A stretch of 64,000 nt of DNA. It comes from Candidatus Kapaibacterium sp. Lineage in GTDB: Bacteria > Bacteroidota > Ignavibacteria > Kapaibacteriales > UBA2268. The notes beneath the pieces are model-generated. The model was not told the origin of the DNA, ran no database searches, and saw nothing but the letters and a program-made list of their open reading frames with translations. Below, piece after piece: positions 1-10,341 of the stretch (the stretch's first letter is position 1; each line of letters begins with the position of its first letter). The translations under genes and the position numbers were made by a program. The DNA is taken from positions 2,144,001 to 2,208,000 of the forward strand of contig OY762428.1 of the NCBI GenBank assembly GCA_963665665.1, given 5' to 3'.

Positions 1-28
1 ATTCAATAATATTATAAAGAGCAAGTCG

Positions 29-1648
29 ATGCAAAAGTTACTTTTATTAGGCGATGAAGCAATAGCTCAGGGTGCTCTTGACGCAGGAATGACAGGTATT
101 TACGCCTATCCTGGTACGCCCTCGACCGAGATTACCGAATATGTTCAAAGATCGAAACAGGCTAAATCCGGAAATGTTCACTCTATGTGGTCGGCAAATG
201 AAAAAACGGCTATGGAATCTGCCATTGGCGTTTCCTATGCCGGCAAACGTGCCATGGTATGCATGAAGCACGTCGGCCTGAACGTGGCAATGGATCCGTT
301 TGTAAACTCTGCTGTTGCCGGTGCTAACGGCGGGCTGATCATTACTTCCGCAGATGACCCGTCTATGCATTCGTCTCAGAATGAACAGGATTCAAGATCA
401 TTGGCTAAATTTTCTTTCATACCTATCCTTGAACCCAATGACCAGCAGGAAGCCTACGATATGGCTCACTACGGATTCGAACTTTCCGAGAAATATGAAA
501 CTCCGGTTTTGATGAGAATTACAACCCGCCTGGCACACTCCCGTGCAGCGGTAGCCCCGAAAGAAAAAAGGCAGCAGAACGAAATTAAAATTCCAGGCAA
601 CCCTATTCAATACGTTCTTATGCCGATGAATGCCAGAAAACAGTACAAAAAACTTCTGGAAAAACAACCTGTCCTTGAAAAAGAATCCGAAACATCCGGA
701 TTTAATAAATATATTGACGGCAATGATAAATCGCTTGGTATAATTGCATCCGGTATTGCTTATAATTACCTGATGGAAAATTATCCCGAAGGAAAAGTTA
801 ATCACCCGGTTCTGAAAATAGGACAGTATCCCTTGCCAAAGAAAATGATCGAAAAACTTGTGGATGAATGTGACGAAGTTATCGTAATTGAAGAAGGATT
901 TCCCGTTATCGAGGAAATGCTTACAGGACTTCTGAACAGGGGGGTAAAAGTAAAAGGCCGTTTCGACGGTTCAGTACCACGTACCGGTGAATTAAACCCG
1001 AATATTGTAGCCGAAGCTCTCGGGCTGCCTAATACCAGGGGTAATGATATTCCGGCGCTGGTTGCCACAAGGCCTCCTAAACTTTGCCCCGGATGTCCTC
1101 ATATCGACACTTACAAAGCCCTTAACGAAGCATTAACATCTTATTCAAAAGGCCGGGTAATGTCTGATATTGGCTGCTATACTCTCGGAGCTCTTCCCCC
1201 GTTCGATTCAATAAACTCATGCGTGGATATGGGTGCATCAATAACAATGGCCAAAGGCCTTTCTGATGCGGGAATGCACCCGGCAGTTGCAGTTATCGGC
1301 GATTCCACATTTACTCATAGCGGTATGACAGGACTTCTTGACTGTGTTATCGAGAAAACACCCGTAACAATTATAATTGTTGATAATGCCACTACAGCAA
1401 TGACCGGCGGACAGAATTCAGCAGCTTATGGCAGGCTGGAAAATATCTGCAAAGGAATCGGTGTTGAGGAAGAACATATTAAAGTTATCAACCCGTTAAA
1501 GAAAAACCACGACAGCTTTGTTCAAACCCTGAAAGAAGAATTGGAGTACAAAGGTGTTTCCGTTATAATACCACGCAGGGAATGTGTGGTAACACTTAGC
1601 CAGAAAACAAGGGCAAAAAAGAAAGCAAGAAAAGCTGAAAGCAAGTAA
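29..1648 (+). CDS. iorA: Indolepyruvate ferredoxin oxidoreductase alpha subunit
   Basis: YPGTPSTEI, KHVGLNVA, RPPKLCPGCPH, DIGCY and TPP-binding GDSTF..DN motifs; followed by the beta subunit. Confidence 0.93.
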   Translation: MQKLLLLGDEAIAQGALDAGMTGIYAYPGTPSTEITEYVQRSKQAKSGNVHSMWSANEKTAMESAIGVSYAGKRAMVCMKHVGLNVAMDPFVNSAVAGANGGLIITSADDPSMHSSQNEQDSRSLAKFSFIPILEPNDQQEAYDMAHYGFELSEKYETPVLMRITTRLAHSRAAVAPKEKRQQNEIKIPGNPIQYVLMPMNARKQYKKLLEKQPVLEKESETSGFNKYIDGNDKSLGIIASGIAYNYLMENYPEGKVNHPVLKIGQYPLPKKMIEKLVDECDEVIVIEEGFPVIEEMLTGLLNRGVKVKGRFDGSVPRTGELNPNIVAEALGLPNTRGNDIPALVATRPPKLCPGCPHIDTYKALNEALTSYSKGRVMSDIGCYTLGALPPFDSINSCVDMGASITMAKGLSDAGMHPAVAVIGDSTFTHSGMTGLLDCVIEKTPVTIIIVDNATTAMTGGQNSAAYGRLENICKGIGVEEEHIKVINPLKKNHDSFVQTLKEELEYKGVSVIIPRRECVVTLSQKTRAKKKARKAESK

Positions 1649-1716
1649 TCGTGTTAATTGTATTTAAAATATTCAGCAAAGAAAATGGATTATAATTTTG
1701 TATATAAATTGTATTT

Positions 1717-1790
1717 GACCCCTCCCAAACCTCCCCGAAGGGGAGGGCTTTAAGAATAAGCCCCTCCTTCGGAGGGGTTTTGGGAGGTCG
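1717..1790. repeat. REP-like GC-rich palindromic element in the iorA-iorB spacer
   Basis: GACCCCTCCCAAACCTCCCCGAAGGGGAGGGCTT...AAGCCCCTCCTTCGGAGGGGTTTTGGGAGGTC; left half recurs nearly identically at 16014-16052. Confidence 0.75.
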
Positions 1791-1880
1791 GGTTTATCAA
1801 TATTATTCTCTGATTTTCAGAACAGCTGAGTAAATATTTATAGTATTTAAGATTTTTTAAACATAATAATTGAAAACGAA

Positions 1881-2453
1881 ATGAAAAAAGATATAATATT
1901 ATCAGGCGTGGGCGGCCAGGGCATTATCTCGATTGCCGCCACTATTGGCTACGCTGCCGTTGAAGCCGGGCTTTACCTGAAACAATCTGAAGTTCATGGC
2001 ATGAGCCAGCGCGGTGGTGACGTTTCTTCCCACTTCCGCCTTTCTGACAAACCTATCAATTCAGATATTATCCCCGAGGGAAAAGCGGATATTATCATTT
2101 CCGTCGAGCCGATGGAATCTCTCCGCTACCTGCCTTACCTGGCTCCGGACGGATGGCTGATTACTAACACAAATCCTTATGTAAACATTCCAAATTACCC
2201 GGAAATTGAAGATGTGCTTGCTGAAGTTAAAAAACAGCCAAACCACATAGCAATGGATGCTGATAAGATTGCACACGACCTTGGATCTCCGAAATCGGCA
2301 AATATTGTTGTGCTTGGCGCTGCAACTCCCTACCTCGGCATGGAACTTGAAAAATTTGAAAGCTCACTGAAAACATTATTCGGACGCAAGGGCGATGCTA
2401 TTGTTCAAGCAAACATAAAAGCACTGCACGCCGGCCGCGAACTGGCTCTTTAA
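1881..2453 (+). CDS. iorB: Indolepyruvate ferredoxin oxidoreductase beta subunit
   Basis: GVGGQG and SEVHGMSQRGG motifs; downstream of iorA. Confidence 0.93.
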   Translation: MKKDIILSGVGGQGIISIAATIGYAAVEAGLYLKQSEVHGMSQRGGDVSSHFRLSDKPINSDIIPEGKADIIISVEPMESLRYLPYLAPDGWLITNTNPYVNIPNYPEIEDVLAEVKKQPNHIAMDADKIAHDLGSPKSANIVVLGAATPYLGMELEKFESSLKTLFGRKGDAIVQANIKALHAGRELAL

Positions 2454-2480
2454 ATTTTATCCGTATTATCAAATTAACGG

Positions 2481-2510
2481 AAAAGAGGCGCTTATTGAAG
2501 CGCCTCTTTG
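2481..2510 (+). terminator. Probable intrinsic terminator after iorB
   Basis: AAAGAGGCGCTT-attg-AAGCGCCTCTTT hairpin. Confidence 0.65.
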
Positions 2511-2875
2511 CTTTGAGCCGGCATGGCAACCGCACGATGGAGTAACTCTTCAAAATGGCTGAATTGTATTATTGATTGGTAAGACAACGAGAAAGCAAAA
2601 GTTGTTTCGGGAACTTGATTGACCTGATGCCAAGGGTGGCCCTGCATTAATATTGATGTAAATACAGCATACAATAATAGAGAAGACCTGTGCAGACATT
2701 TATACTTTTTGCTATTGAAAAATAATCCGAATTTTATTATTCTTTACTCATTTTGTTTTATAGGTGGAGAAAGGAACTAATTGTTTCAGCAATTTATTAC
2801 AAACAAATTCAGGTTAATTTTACATTTTTTTTATTATCTTTCTTTTAAACTTTATCAACAATAACAGAAATAAAA

Positions 2876-3358
2876 ATGGCAAAAATGAAATTTCCTGCAA
2901 CACCTGCTACACGATTCCTTAAAGCTAAGAAAATCGAATTTGAAAGTTATATGTACAACTACGAGGAGCACGGCGGTACCGCCCAAACAGCGAAAGAATT
3001 GGGAATTGACGAACATGCCGTAATAAAAACACTGGTATTTCGCGCAGAAAAAGGCAACCCCTATATTGTGCTTATGCATGGCGATAAAGAAGTTTCCGCC
3101 AAAGAACTGGCACGGCAGGCCGGCAGCAAGAAGGCCGAACCTTGCGACACCAAAACAGCTATGAATTTTACAGGATACCAGTTCGGGGGAACATCTCCTT
3201 TCGGAACAAGAAAAGAAATGAAAATATATGCCGAGGAAAGTATTTTCGAACTGAATCAAATATATATCAACGGAGGTAAGCAGGGATATATTATCGTGAT
3301 CTCCCCCCGCCAATTAGATGAATGCCTGAAAATCATTAAAATTAATGTTGCTATATAA
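2876..3358 (+). CDS. ybaK: YbaK/EbsC family Cys-tRNA(Pro) deacylase
   Basis: TPATRFL, VIKTLV, TGYQFGGTSPFG and INGGKQG motifs. Confidence 0.88.
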   Translation: MAKMKFPATPATRFLKAKKIEFESYMYNYEEHGGTAQTAKELGIDEHAVIKTLVFRAEKGNPYIVLMHGDKEVSAKELARQAGSKKAEPCDTKTAMNFTGYQFGGTSPFGTRKEMKIYAEESIFELNQIYINGGKQGYIIVISPRQLDECLKIIKINVAI

Positions 3359-3430
3359 AAATATTTTATTTATAATAGTAAATAAATGATTCATTTGAAT
3401 CAATTTTTTCAAAAATGGCTGACTATTTAG

Positions 3431-5005
3431 ATGAAAGAAGATAATGCAGCACCAAGGTTTACATTTATTTCAGCAGGAGTTTTCTGGCTCATTGTAATTA
3501 TCGTATCTGCGTGGTTTAATATTGATGAAGCGAAAAAAAATATTGATAACAATGTACTTGAAGCCTCAAGATCTTTTTTCAAAGAAATTGTTACTACCAG
3601 GCAATGGAATGCTCAGCACGGAGGTGTGTATGTTAAAATAACAGAAAACACACAGCCCAATCCATATCTTGATGTTCCAGACAGAGATATTGAAACAGCT
3701 GATGGTGTAAAGCTAACAATGATCAATCCTGCATACATGACCCGCCAAATATCAGAGATTGCAAAAAGTAATGACGATGTTTTATACCATATCACAAGTT
3801 CAAACCCAATAAGGCCTGCCAATAAAGCTGACGTTTGGGAAGAACGTGTTCTGAGTAACTTCGAAAATGGTAACAAAGAAGCTTTCGGTTTGGTATCCTA
3901 TCTTGAATTGAATTACTACAGGTATATGGCTCCGTTGTTTGTAAATGAAAGCTGCATGAAATGCCATGAAAAGCAGGGCTATAAGATCGGGGAAGTAAGG
4001 GGCGGCATCAGCGTTAGTATACCGGCAGATAATTTTATCAGTACATACCGGGCACAATTTGTAAGTATCAGCTTATGGCATTTTGTCTTTTTAATTCTCG
4101 GATGGGGTGGTATATATCTATTTGGAAAACGAATTTACTTGCAATATTCAACCATTCATTCTACAAATGAGGAACTTAAAAAAATTGATTCGCTCAGGAA
4201 ATTAGAACTGAAAAAAAATATTAAATTAAATAAAGAATTGGATAATAAGGTAAAAGAAAGAACCAGTGAGCTTGAAATCGCGAAGGAGAAAATATCAATG
4301 TTCCTCCGATCCGAAAAAGAAATAAATGAAATGAAAACAAGGTTTATAAACCTGATACACCATGAATTCAAAACCCCTCTGACCGTTGTTCTTTCATCCT
4401 CAGAAATAATTAAGGTTTTGTCTTCCAATAAGCAAAACTGTGAATTATCCGACCATTTGAGTAAAATAAATACTGCCGTTAAAAACATGGATAAGCTCCT
4501 ATCCTATGTTCAGTATTTTCAGCAAAGTAACAAAATGCTCAAGGAATTTTCACCAGAAAAATTTGATATTATTGAAACCATCAATTTTATAATCAAATCT
4601 CGGCCCGAAAAATATACTGATCGGCAAATTACTTTCAAACATAATGGATGTCAGTCTTTTACATTTTACAGTGATAAAAAACTTTTTGAATATATCGTCA
4701 GGGAAGTAATAACAAATGCCCTGAAATTTTCCCCAAAAAACTCGGCCGTTAATGTGGTTTTGGATTCCGGACCTGAAAGCTTTTTAATAATAATAAAGGA
4801 TGATGGCGACGGAATACATGGAGACGATCTACCAAAAATTATGGATCCGTTTTATAAACAGGCAGACAAAATTGGAATTGATTCAGGCCTCGGGCTTGGG
4901 CTATCGATAGTTAAGAAATATATTGAAATCATGGGGGGCAATATTGAAATTACAAGTAAAAAATGTGAAGGTACCACTGTTACATTGAACTTTAATATTA
5001 AATAA
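3431..5005 (+). CDS. Membrane sensor histidine kinase with a periplasmic DUF3365-type c-heme-binding domain
   Basis: Two TM segments flanking WNAQHGGVYV...INPAYMTR...CMKCH; H-box HEFKTPL, N-box NALKFS, G-boxes DDGDGI and GLGLGL. Confidence 0.85.
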   Translation: MKEDNAAPRFTFISAGVFWLIVIIVSAWFNIDEAKKNIDNNVLEASRSFFKEIVTTRQWNAQHGGVYVKITENTQPNPYLDVPDRDIETADGVKLTMINPAYMTRQISEIAKSNDDVLYHITSSNPIRPANKADVWEERVLSNFENGNKEAFGLVSYLELNYYRYMAPLFVNESCMKCHEKQGYKIGEVRGGISVSIPADNFISTYRAQFVSISLWHFVFLILGWGGIYLFGKRIYLQYSTIHSTNEELKKIDSLRKLELKKNIKLNKELDNKVKERTSELEIAKEKISMFLRSEKEINEMKTRFINLIHHEFKTPLTVVLSSSEIIKVLSSNKQNCELSDHLSKINTAVKNMDKLLSYVQYFQQSNKMLKEFSPEKFDIIETINFIIKSRPEKYTDRQITFKHNGCQSFTFYSDKKLFEYIVREVITNALKFSPKNSAVNVVLDSGPESFLIIIKDDGDGIHGDDLPKIMDPFYKQADKIGIDSGLGLGLSIVKKYIEIMGGNIEITSKKCEGTTVTLNFNIK

Positions 5006-5190
5006 TTTGCTAAAAGAATTTTTCTTTTTTAACCTAACAAGCAACTCCCGTAGCAAAAGGCAGGAAATTCGCCCGAATAGATTAAATAATTTATATAAAT
5101 AATTATATTTTAATTACAAATTCATTGCCTGAGCGTCAATTTTATTTTAATTTTGTTTTTTTACTTTGTATCAATAACGTATAAAGTGTT

Positions 5191-5814
5191 ATGAAATCAA
5201 CTAATATAAAATGGCACAGAAGCAAGATAACCACTCCTGAAATTGAAGATAAACAGGGACACAAAGGTTGTGTACTCTGGTTTACCGGACTTAGTGCATC
5301 CGGAAAATCAACGCTTGCAGTTGAATTGGAACGCCGCCTGTTTGATTCAGGCCACAGGGTTACTGTACTTGACGGGGACAATGTCAGGCACGGACTGAAT
5401 AAAAATCTTGGTTTTTCGCAGGAGGACAGGGAAGAAAATATCAGGAGAATTTCCGAAGTTGCAAAGCTTTTCAGGGCTGTAGGAATGATCGTAATTACCG
5501 CCTTCATTTCTCCTTACCGCCGGGACAGGGATATGGCAAGGGCCTTATTCAATGATAACAGCTTTAAGGAATTCTATGTAAAATGCAACATTGATGAGTG
5601 TAAGAAACGTGACCCAAAAGGTTTGTATCAGAAGGCAATTGACGGAGTAATCAAGGAATTTACAGGTATTTCCGCTCCTTACGAGGCACCAGAGACACCT
5701 GAACTTGTTGTTGAAACTGATAAGAACGATATCGAAACATGCGTGAACCAGATTATTGAATATCTGAAAGAAAGCAAAGTAATTGATATCAACGGAGATT
5801 CAGGCATTATATAG
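5191..5814 (+). CDS. cysC: Adenylyl-sulfate (APS) kinase
   Basis: [13 protein letters not shown]-loop, [28 protein letters not shown]. Confidence 0.95.
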   Translation: MKSTNIKWHRSKITTPEIEDKQGHKGCVLWFTGLSASGKSTLAVELERRLFDSGHRVTVLDGDNVRHGLNKNLGFSQEDREENIRRISEVAKLFRAVGMIVITAFISPYRRDRDMARALFNDNSFKEFYVKCNIDECKKRDPKGLYQKAIDGVIKEFTGISAPYEAPETPELVVETDKNDIETCVNQIIEYLKESKVIDINGDSGII

Positions 5815-5832
5815 TTAGTTTTTCAACTTATA

Positions 5833-5870
5833 AAAAGTCCGTCAGGATTGATCCTGCCGGACCTTTTTTT
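5833..5870. terminator. Bidirectional terminator between convergent cysC and tetR
   Basis: GTCCGTCAGGAT-tg-ATCCTGCCGGAC flanked by A and T runs. Confidence 0.6.
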
Positions 5871-5895
5871 AAACAGCTGCTTCAGATATATCATA

Positions 5896-6501
5896 TCAAA
5901 ATTCCAGAATACTTTCTATCTGCTCATTGCTTATTTTCATAAACTCGGCATAGGAAGAAGGCTGCCTGCGATTCATGTAGTATAATAAAATACCGGCTAC
6001 TGTGTATTTCATTTGTTCCTTCCTGATTGCCGCAACACCGGGGGTCATATTCCTTTCTCTTACACAATAATCCCATTCTGAAGAACTAAGTGTATCAACA
6101 AAATTATAGATCATTTCCGTAGTTGGTTTCTTTCCTACAAAGTCATTCATTCTTTCTATGTAAAAAAGCTCGTATATTCCGGGATACTGTATGAAAAACT
6201 TCATATATGCCAGGTTGATAGCCCTTATCATAGTGCAGCCCCTTGCTACTCCCTCGGTTTCCTTACGGATAAAATGCCTGCATTCCTCCAGAAAGTCATG
6301 CACACATTCGAATATCAGCTCGTTTGCATCCTTGAAATAGTTATACAAAGTAGCATATGAATAACCTGCCCTGTCAGCTATATTTCTTACACTGATATTC
6401 CTCAGGCCTTCACCTTTCAGAATTTCCTTTGCCGCCTGGATAAAATATCCCCTCATTCTTTGCTCCTGAATTTCTTTATTTCCCACTTTAACGCCTTTCA
6501 T
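5896..6501 (-). CDS. TetR/AcrR family transcriptional regulator
   Basis: HTH AAKEIL...ISVRNIADRAGYSYATLYNYF; start likely ATG 6501 or GTG 6486 rather than 6609. Confidence 0.88.
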   Translation of the reverse strand: MKGVKVGNKEIQEQRMRGYFIQAAKEILKGEGLRNISVRNIADRAGYSYATLYNYFKDANELIFECVHDFLEECRHFIRKETEGVARGCTMIRAINLAYMKFFIQYPGIYELFYIERMNDFVGKKPTTEMIYNFVDTLSSSEWDYCVRERNMTPGVAAIRKEQMKYTVAGILLYYMNRRQPSSYAEFMKISNEQIESILEF

Positions 6502-6504
6502 ATT

Positions 6505-6555
6505 ATTAATAGTGTTAATTATTATTATATCGCAAATATAATTAACAGTGTTAAT
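6505..6555. promoter_or_regulatory. Two palindromic putative TetR operators
   Basis: ATTAATAGTGTTAAT (6505-6519) and ATTAACAGTGTTAAT (6541-6555) just upstream of tetR. Confidence 0.65.
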
Positions 6556-6717
6556 ATTTGCAAGAAATATTTTCTCAGCCTGAAAAAATAGAAGAAAATC
6601 AGCTATCATACAGGACTATTTCTTTAATTGTTATTGGAATCCGGCTAATAAAATTTTATTTTCAGTGAAAAATAATTTATTTTGCCTGTTATTGTAGTAA
6701 CCATTATCGGTTAATAA

Positions 6718-7868
6718 GTGGGGAATGCTGAAAAAGAAATAGAGCTGTCCGTTGTTATGCCTTGCCTTAACGAAGTGAAGACTGTCGGGTTGTGCGTGGC
6801 CAAAGCAATGAATTTTATGAAATCTAACGATATTCATGGCGAAGTTATTGTTGCGGACAACGGCTCGGTTGACGGCTCGGTTGAAGCAGCAAAAAATGCC
6901 GGGGCCAGAGTTATAGGCATAAAACAAAAGGGCTACGGCAGTGCTTTGATGGGAGGAATTTCCAAAGCAAAGGGAAAATATGTGATAATGGGAGATTCCG
7001 ACGACAGCTATGATTTTTCTGACCTGAAGAAATTTGTTGATCAGCTGCGCCGTGGAAATGACTTGGTAATGGGCAACAGGTTCAAGGGCGAGATAAAAAA
7101 GGGAGCCATGCCCTGGCATCATAAATACCTGGGGAATCCCGTTCTATCAGGTATCGGCAAATTATTTTTTAAGAGCCCTGTTAATGATTTCCATTGTGGC
7201 CTTAGGGGGTTTACTCTTGAGGCTTATAAAAAATGGATATGCAGACGACGGGAATGGAATTTGCATCTGAAATGGTTGTGAAAGCTACTCTTATGGATTT
7301 AAAAATTTCCGAAGTGCCGATCACATTATCACCTGACGGACGAGAGGGCAAGCCGCACCTCCGAAGCTTCAGGGACGGGTGGAGGCATCTGCGTTTTCTT
7401 TTTCTTTATACTCCGCGCTGGCTTTTTCTCTACCCGGGGCTGGGCATGATGTTCGCAGGATTCCTGGCATTGATGTATATATTCCTGTTTCCTGACATTT
7501 CCTGGGATATCCATACCATGCTATATGCATCCGGATCAATAATGATCGGATTTCAGGCTGCCATACTTGCGGTATACTCCAAAGTATTTGCAATTCACGA
7601 GCGTCTTTTGCCTTCCAGCCCGAAGGCAGAAAAGGTGCTGAAAAAATATACTCCCGAAAAAGGTATTGCTATAAGCCTGATATTACTTGTAATTGGTATA
7701 GTTGGTTTTGTATATTCCATATTTATCTGGCAGGAAGGAACATTCTTCGAACTCGGAATCAGGATAACCATGAGATACGTTATCGCATCGGTTACATTTC
7801 TTGTTTTGGGTTTTCAGCTATTCTTCTCCAGCTTATTTTATTTCATATTAAAATTAAACACCCGCTAA
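6718..7868 (+). pseudogene. GT2 polyprenol-phosphate (DPM1-like) glycosyltransferase split by a 1-nt frameshift (possibly a sequencing error)
   Basis: ORF 6718-7281 (VVMPCLNE, DNGSVDGS, GDSDDSYD, DFHCGLRGF) continues in ORF 7233-7868 (GMEFASEMVVKA, HLRSFRDGWRHL, TM helices); one more A in the A6 run at 7228-7233 restores YKKMDMQ. Confidence 0.85.
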
Positions 7869-7872
7869 AGCC

Positions 7873-8637
7873 ATGCCTGCAGTCAGTATTATAACCGTAT
7901 GCCTGAACGAAAAGGCAACTATTGCCCGGACACTTGACAGTATTCTGAGCCAGACAAACCGTGATTTTGAATTAATTGTTATCGACGGAGGGTCTGATGA
8001 CGGAACTGTTGATATAATCAATAAATATTTACAAAATATTGAAAAATTTGTTTCCGAAAAAGATAATGGAATATTCCACGCCCAGAACAAAGGGGCGAAT
8101 CTTGCCGAAGGTGAATACCTTTTATTTTTAAATGCCGGCGATGCAATATGTGATTCTTATCTTATAAAAAAATTCGTTGAGCATAAAAACAAAACCGATA
8201 TTATAAGCGGGGATATTGTATTTGAAAGGGGCGGAAGGCTTCTTTATCGCAGGCCTTCGCCCGATAAGATTACCCGACGCTTCATGCTGCTTGAAAGCCT
8301 GCCTCATCCGGCAAGTTTTATCAGAAGGGAATTACTTCTCCGGGCTGGCAGATATGATATGAGCAAAGGAACTTTTGCCGATTATGATTTCTTTATGAAA
8401 GCCTTGTTCGAAATGAATGCCACATATAGCAGGCTATCCCACAGGGCTGCTATATTCAACCTTGACGGTATCAGCAGTGGTAAGGATAAATCTTTAAAGG
8501 CAAAAATCATGAGAGAGAACATTCAAAATGAATATCTGAATAGTGATCTTTTAATGAAATACAGAACTTTTAACCCGATTTTTGATCTTCTTTTCAAGAA
8601 AATACCACATTTTTATTATCGCCTGCGTGGAATTTAA
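7873..8637 (+). CDS. Glycosyltransferase family 2 (WcaE/WfgS-like)
   Basis: VSIITVCLN, IDGGSDDGT, SEKDNGIFHAQNKG, FLNAGD, ADYDF. Confidence 0.88.
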   Translation: MPAVSIITVCLNEKATIARTLDSILSQTNRDFELIVIDGGSDDGTVDIINKYLQNIEKFVSEKDNGIFHAQNKGANLAEGEYLLFLNAGDAICDSYLIKKFVEHKNKTDIISGDIVFERGGRLLYRRPSPDKITRRFMLLESLPHPASFIRRELLLRAGRYDMSKGTFADYDFFMKALFEMNATYSRLSHRAAIFNLDGISSGKDKSLKAKIMRENIQNEYLNSDLLMKYRTFNPIFDLLFKKIPHFYYRLRGI

Positions 8638-8718
8638 TAATCAAATCAGGTTTTTCTTTATTTATTATTTATATTTGCGGATGTAAACCTTTGGTATGAA
8701 TAATTCAAAGATCATAAA

Positions 8719-10131
8719 ATGAGTAAAAGCATGAGCGGAAAAAAATTATTTCAATTGAACTATGAAACTCTGTTTGTAATTTTGGGGCTTATTTTCGGAA
8801 TAGCTTTTATCAGGGTAAACGCCCCTTTTCATTCTAATGACGAAGACAGGCACTTCCTTCATGCATATTTTATCGCCAGTGGTTATACTATTCCCGATAC
8901 TAAGGACGGCAAAGCCGGAGGTGAAATACCTGACAACTTAGTAAATGTTGTAAGGAGTTTCCAGGGCATTCCATTCCACCAGGGAACCAAAATTGATAAA
9001 CTTAAAATGGAAAGGTCCTTCGATCAGCCATTGAATCCGGAACAAAGCTCTTTCCATATTGATTATGAATTCAGAACGCCTTTTCTGCCCTACCTGCCTT
9101 ATTCAACCGGTATTCTGATTGGAAAAATATTTAATTCCAATCCGGTGTGGCTTGGCTGGTTTGCACGTTTCGGAGGTTTGGTATTTTACCTCTTTGTTAT
9201 GTTTTTCGTTCTTCGAACAACACCGGTTTTCAAGGGAGTGTTTTTCCTTTACGGATTAACTCCAATGGTTCTTTATCAATGCTCGTCAGTTACTTACGAT
9301 ATGATGACGATAGCTTTATCGTTTTTCATGATAGCCTTTTTCCTGAAATTCGCACTTGACGAAAATTCAAAGCTGACACCCCGGGATTTAGCATTAATTA
9401 TTATAATTGCAGTTTTGCACAGGTTTGCAAAGAACGGGTATGTTGTAATTCCTTTCATGTTCTTTATAATTCCGCCAGGGAAAATTGCAAAATCAGTAAA
9501 ACAGGCCCTGCCTATAATGGCCGGTATGTTCATACTATTTATTATACTTTATAAATTGCCGAACTGGACATGGAGCAAAGTCATTGCCGGGCTGGACGTT
9601 GAAAGAGGAATATCTCCGCAGAAGGATTTCTATAAGAACATGGGAGAAAACCTGTCGATAAATCTGGCAAATCCCGGAATGTTTATTTCCAATTTATGGG
9701 CCAATATATCTCATTTTAAACAGGAATGGGCCGGCGGAGCCATGGGGCGTTTCGGCTATTCCTATTCTATAATGCCAAACTGGTTCTTTTTTATCCACGG
9801 CTTTGTTCTGTTCTTTGTTGCCCTGATTGAAGGCAAATCGCAGTTTAAAATGGTTTTCTGGCAAAAGATAATTACCCTGATAGTTGCAGTACTTTCAATA
9901 GCCCTGGTAATAGTTGGATTTTATGTGCTTTCGCCTGTGGGAGCAAAGATGATATTCGGCCTTCAGGGGCGATACTTCGTGCCAATAATTCCTGTTGCCC
10001 TTTTGCTTTTATACAACACTGCCTTTGAAAGCAAATGGTGGAATAAGTGGGGACATTTGGCTCTTACTGCTTATATAACTATTGTTCTGATCTACACTAT
10101 TGTATTTCTGAACGGAGCACTATACATATAG
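8719..10131 (+). CDS. DUF2142-like polytopic membrane protein (putative GT-C glycosyltransferase)
   Basis: APFHSNDEDRHF loop after TM1, many TM helices, C-terminal GLQGRYFVP. Confidence 0.7.
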   Translation: MSKSMSGKKLFQLNYETLFVILGLIFGIAFIRVNAPFHSNDEDRHFLHAYFIASGYTIPDTKDGKAGGEIPDNLVNVVRSFQGIPFHQGTKIDKLKMERSFDQPLNPEQSSFHIDYEFRTPFLPYLPYSTGILIGKIFNSNPVWLGWFARFGGLVFYLFVMFFVLRTTPVFKGVFFLYGLTPMVLYQCSSVTYDMMTIALSFFMIAFFLKFALDENSKLTPRDLALIIIIAVLHRFAKNGYVVIPFMFFIIPPGKIAKSVKQALPIMAGMFILFIILYKLPNWTWSKVIAGLDVERGISPQKDFYKNMGENLSINLANPGMFISNLWANISHFKQEWAGGAMGRFGYSYSIMPNWFFFIHGFVLFFVALIEGKSQFKMVFWQKIITLIVAVLSIALVIVGFYVLSPVGAKMIFGLQGRYFVPIIPVALLLLYNTAFESKWWNKWGHLALTAYITIVLIYTIVFLNGALYI

Positions 10132-10341
10132 TTTTATTCCTGAGCTTCAAATCCCATGAGTATAACTATTAGAAATAACATGCTCTGAAAAAAGATACAT
10201 AGCCAGGGTTCAATTACAGCAAGCCTGCTGCAGAACTGTTCCCCGAATTTACTTAGTGGGTTACATAAGTGATTAACTTATACATCTATTGAATTTCAAG
10301 AAATATATACAACTATAAAAACAATCCTTAATAAATTGTGT

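Noticed and set aside
2492-2674. 60-aa minus-strand ORF or possible ncRNA
   Set aside because: It ends inside the terminator hairpin, and no motif or convincing structure was recognised.
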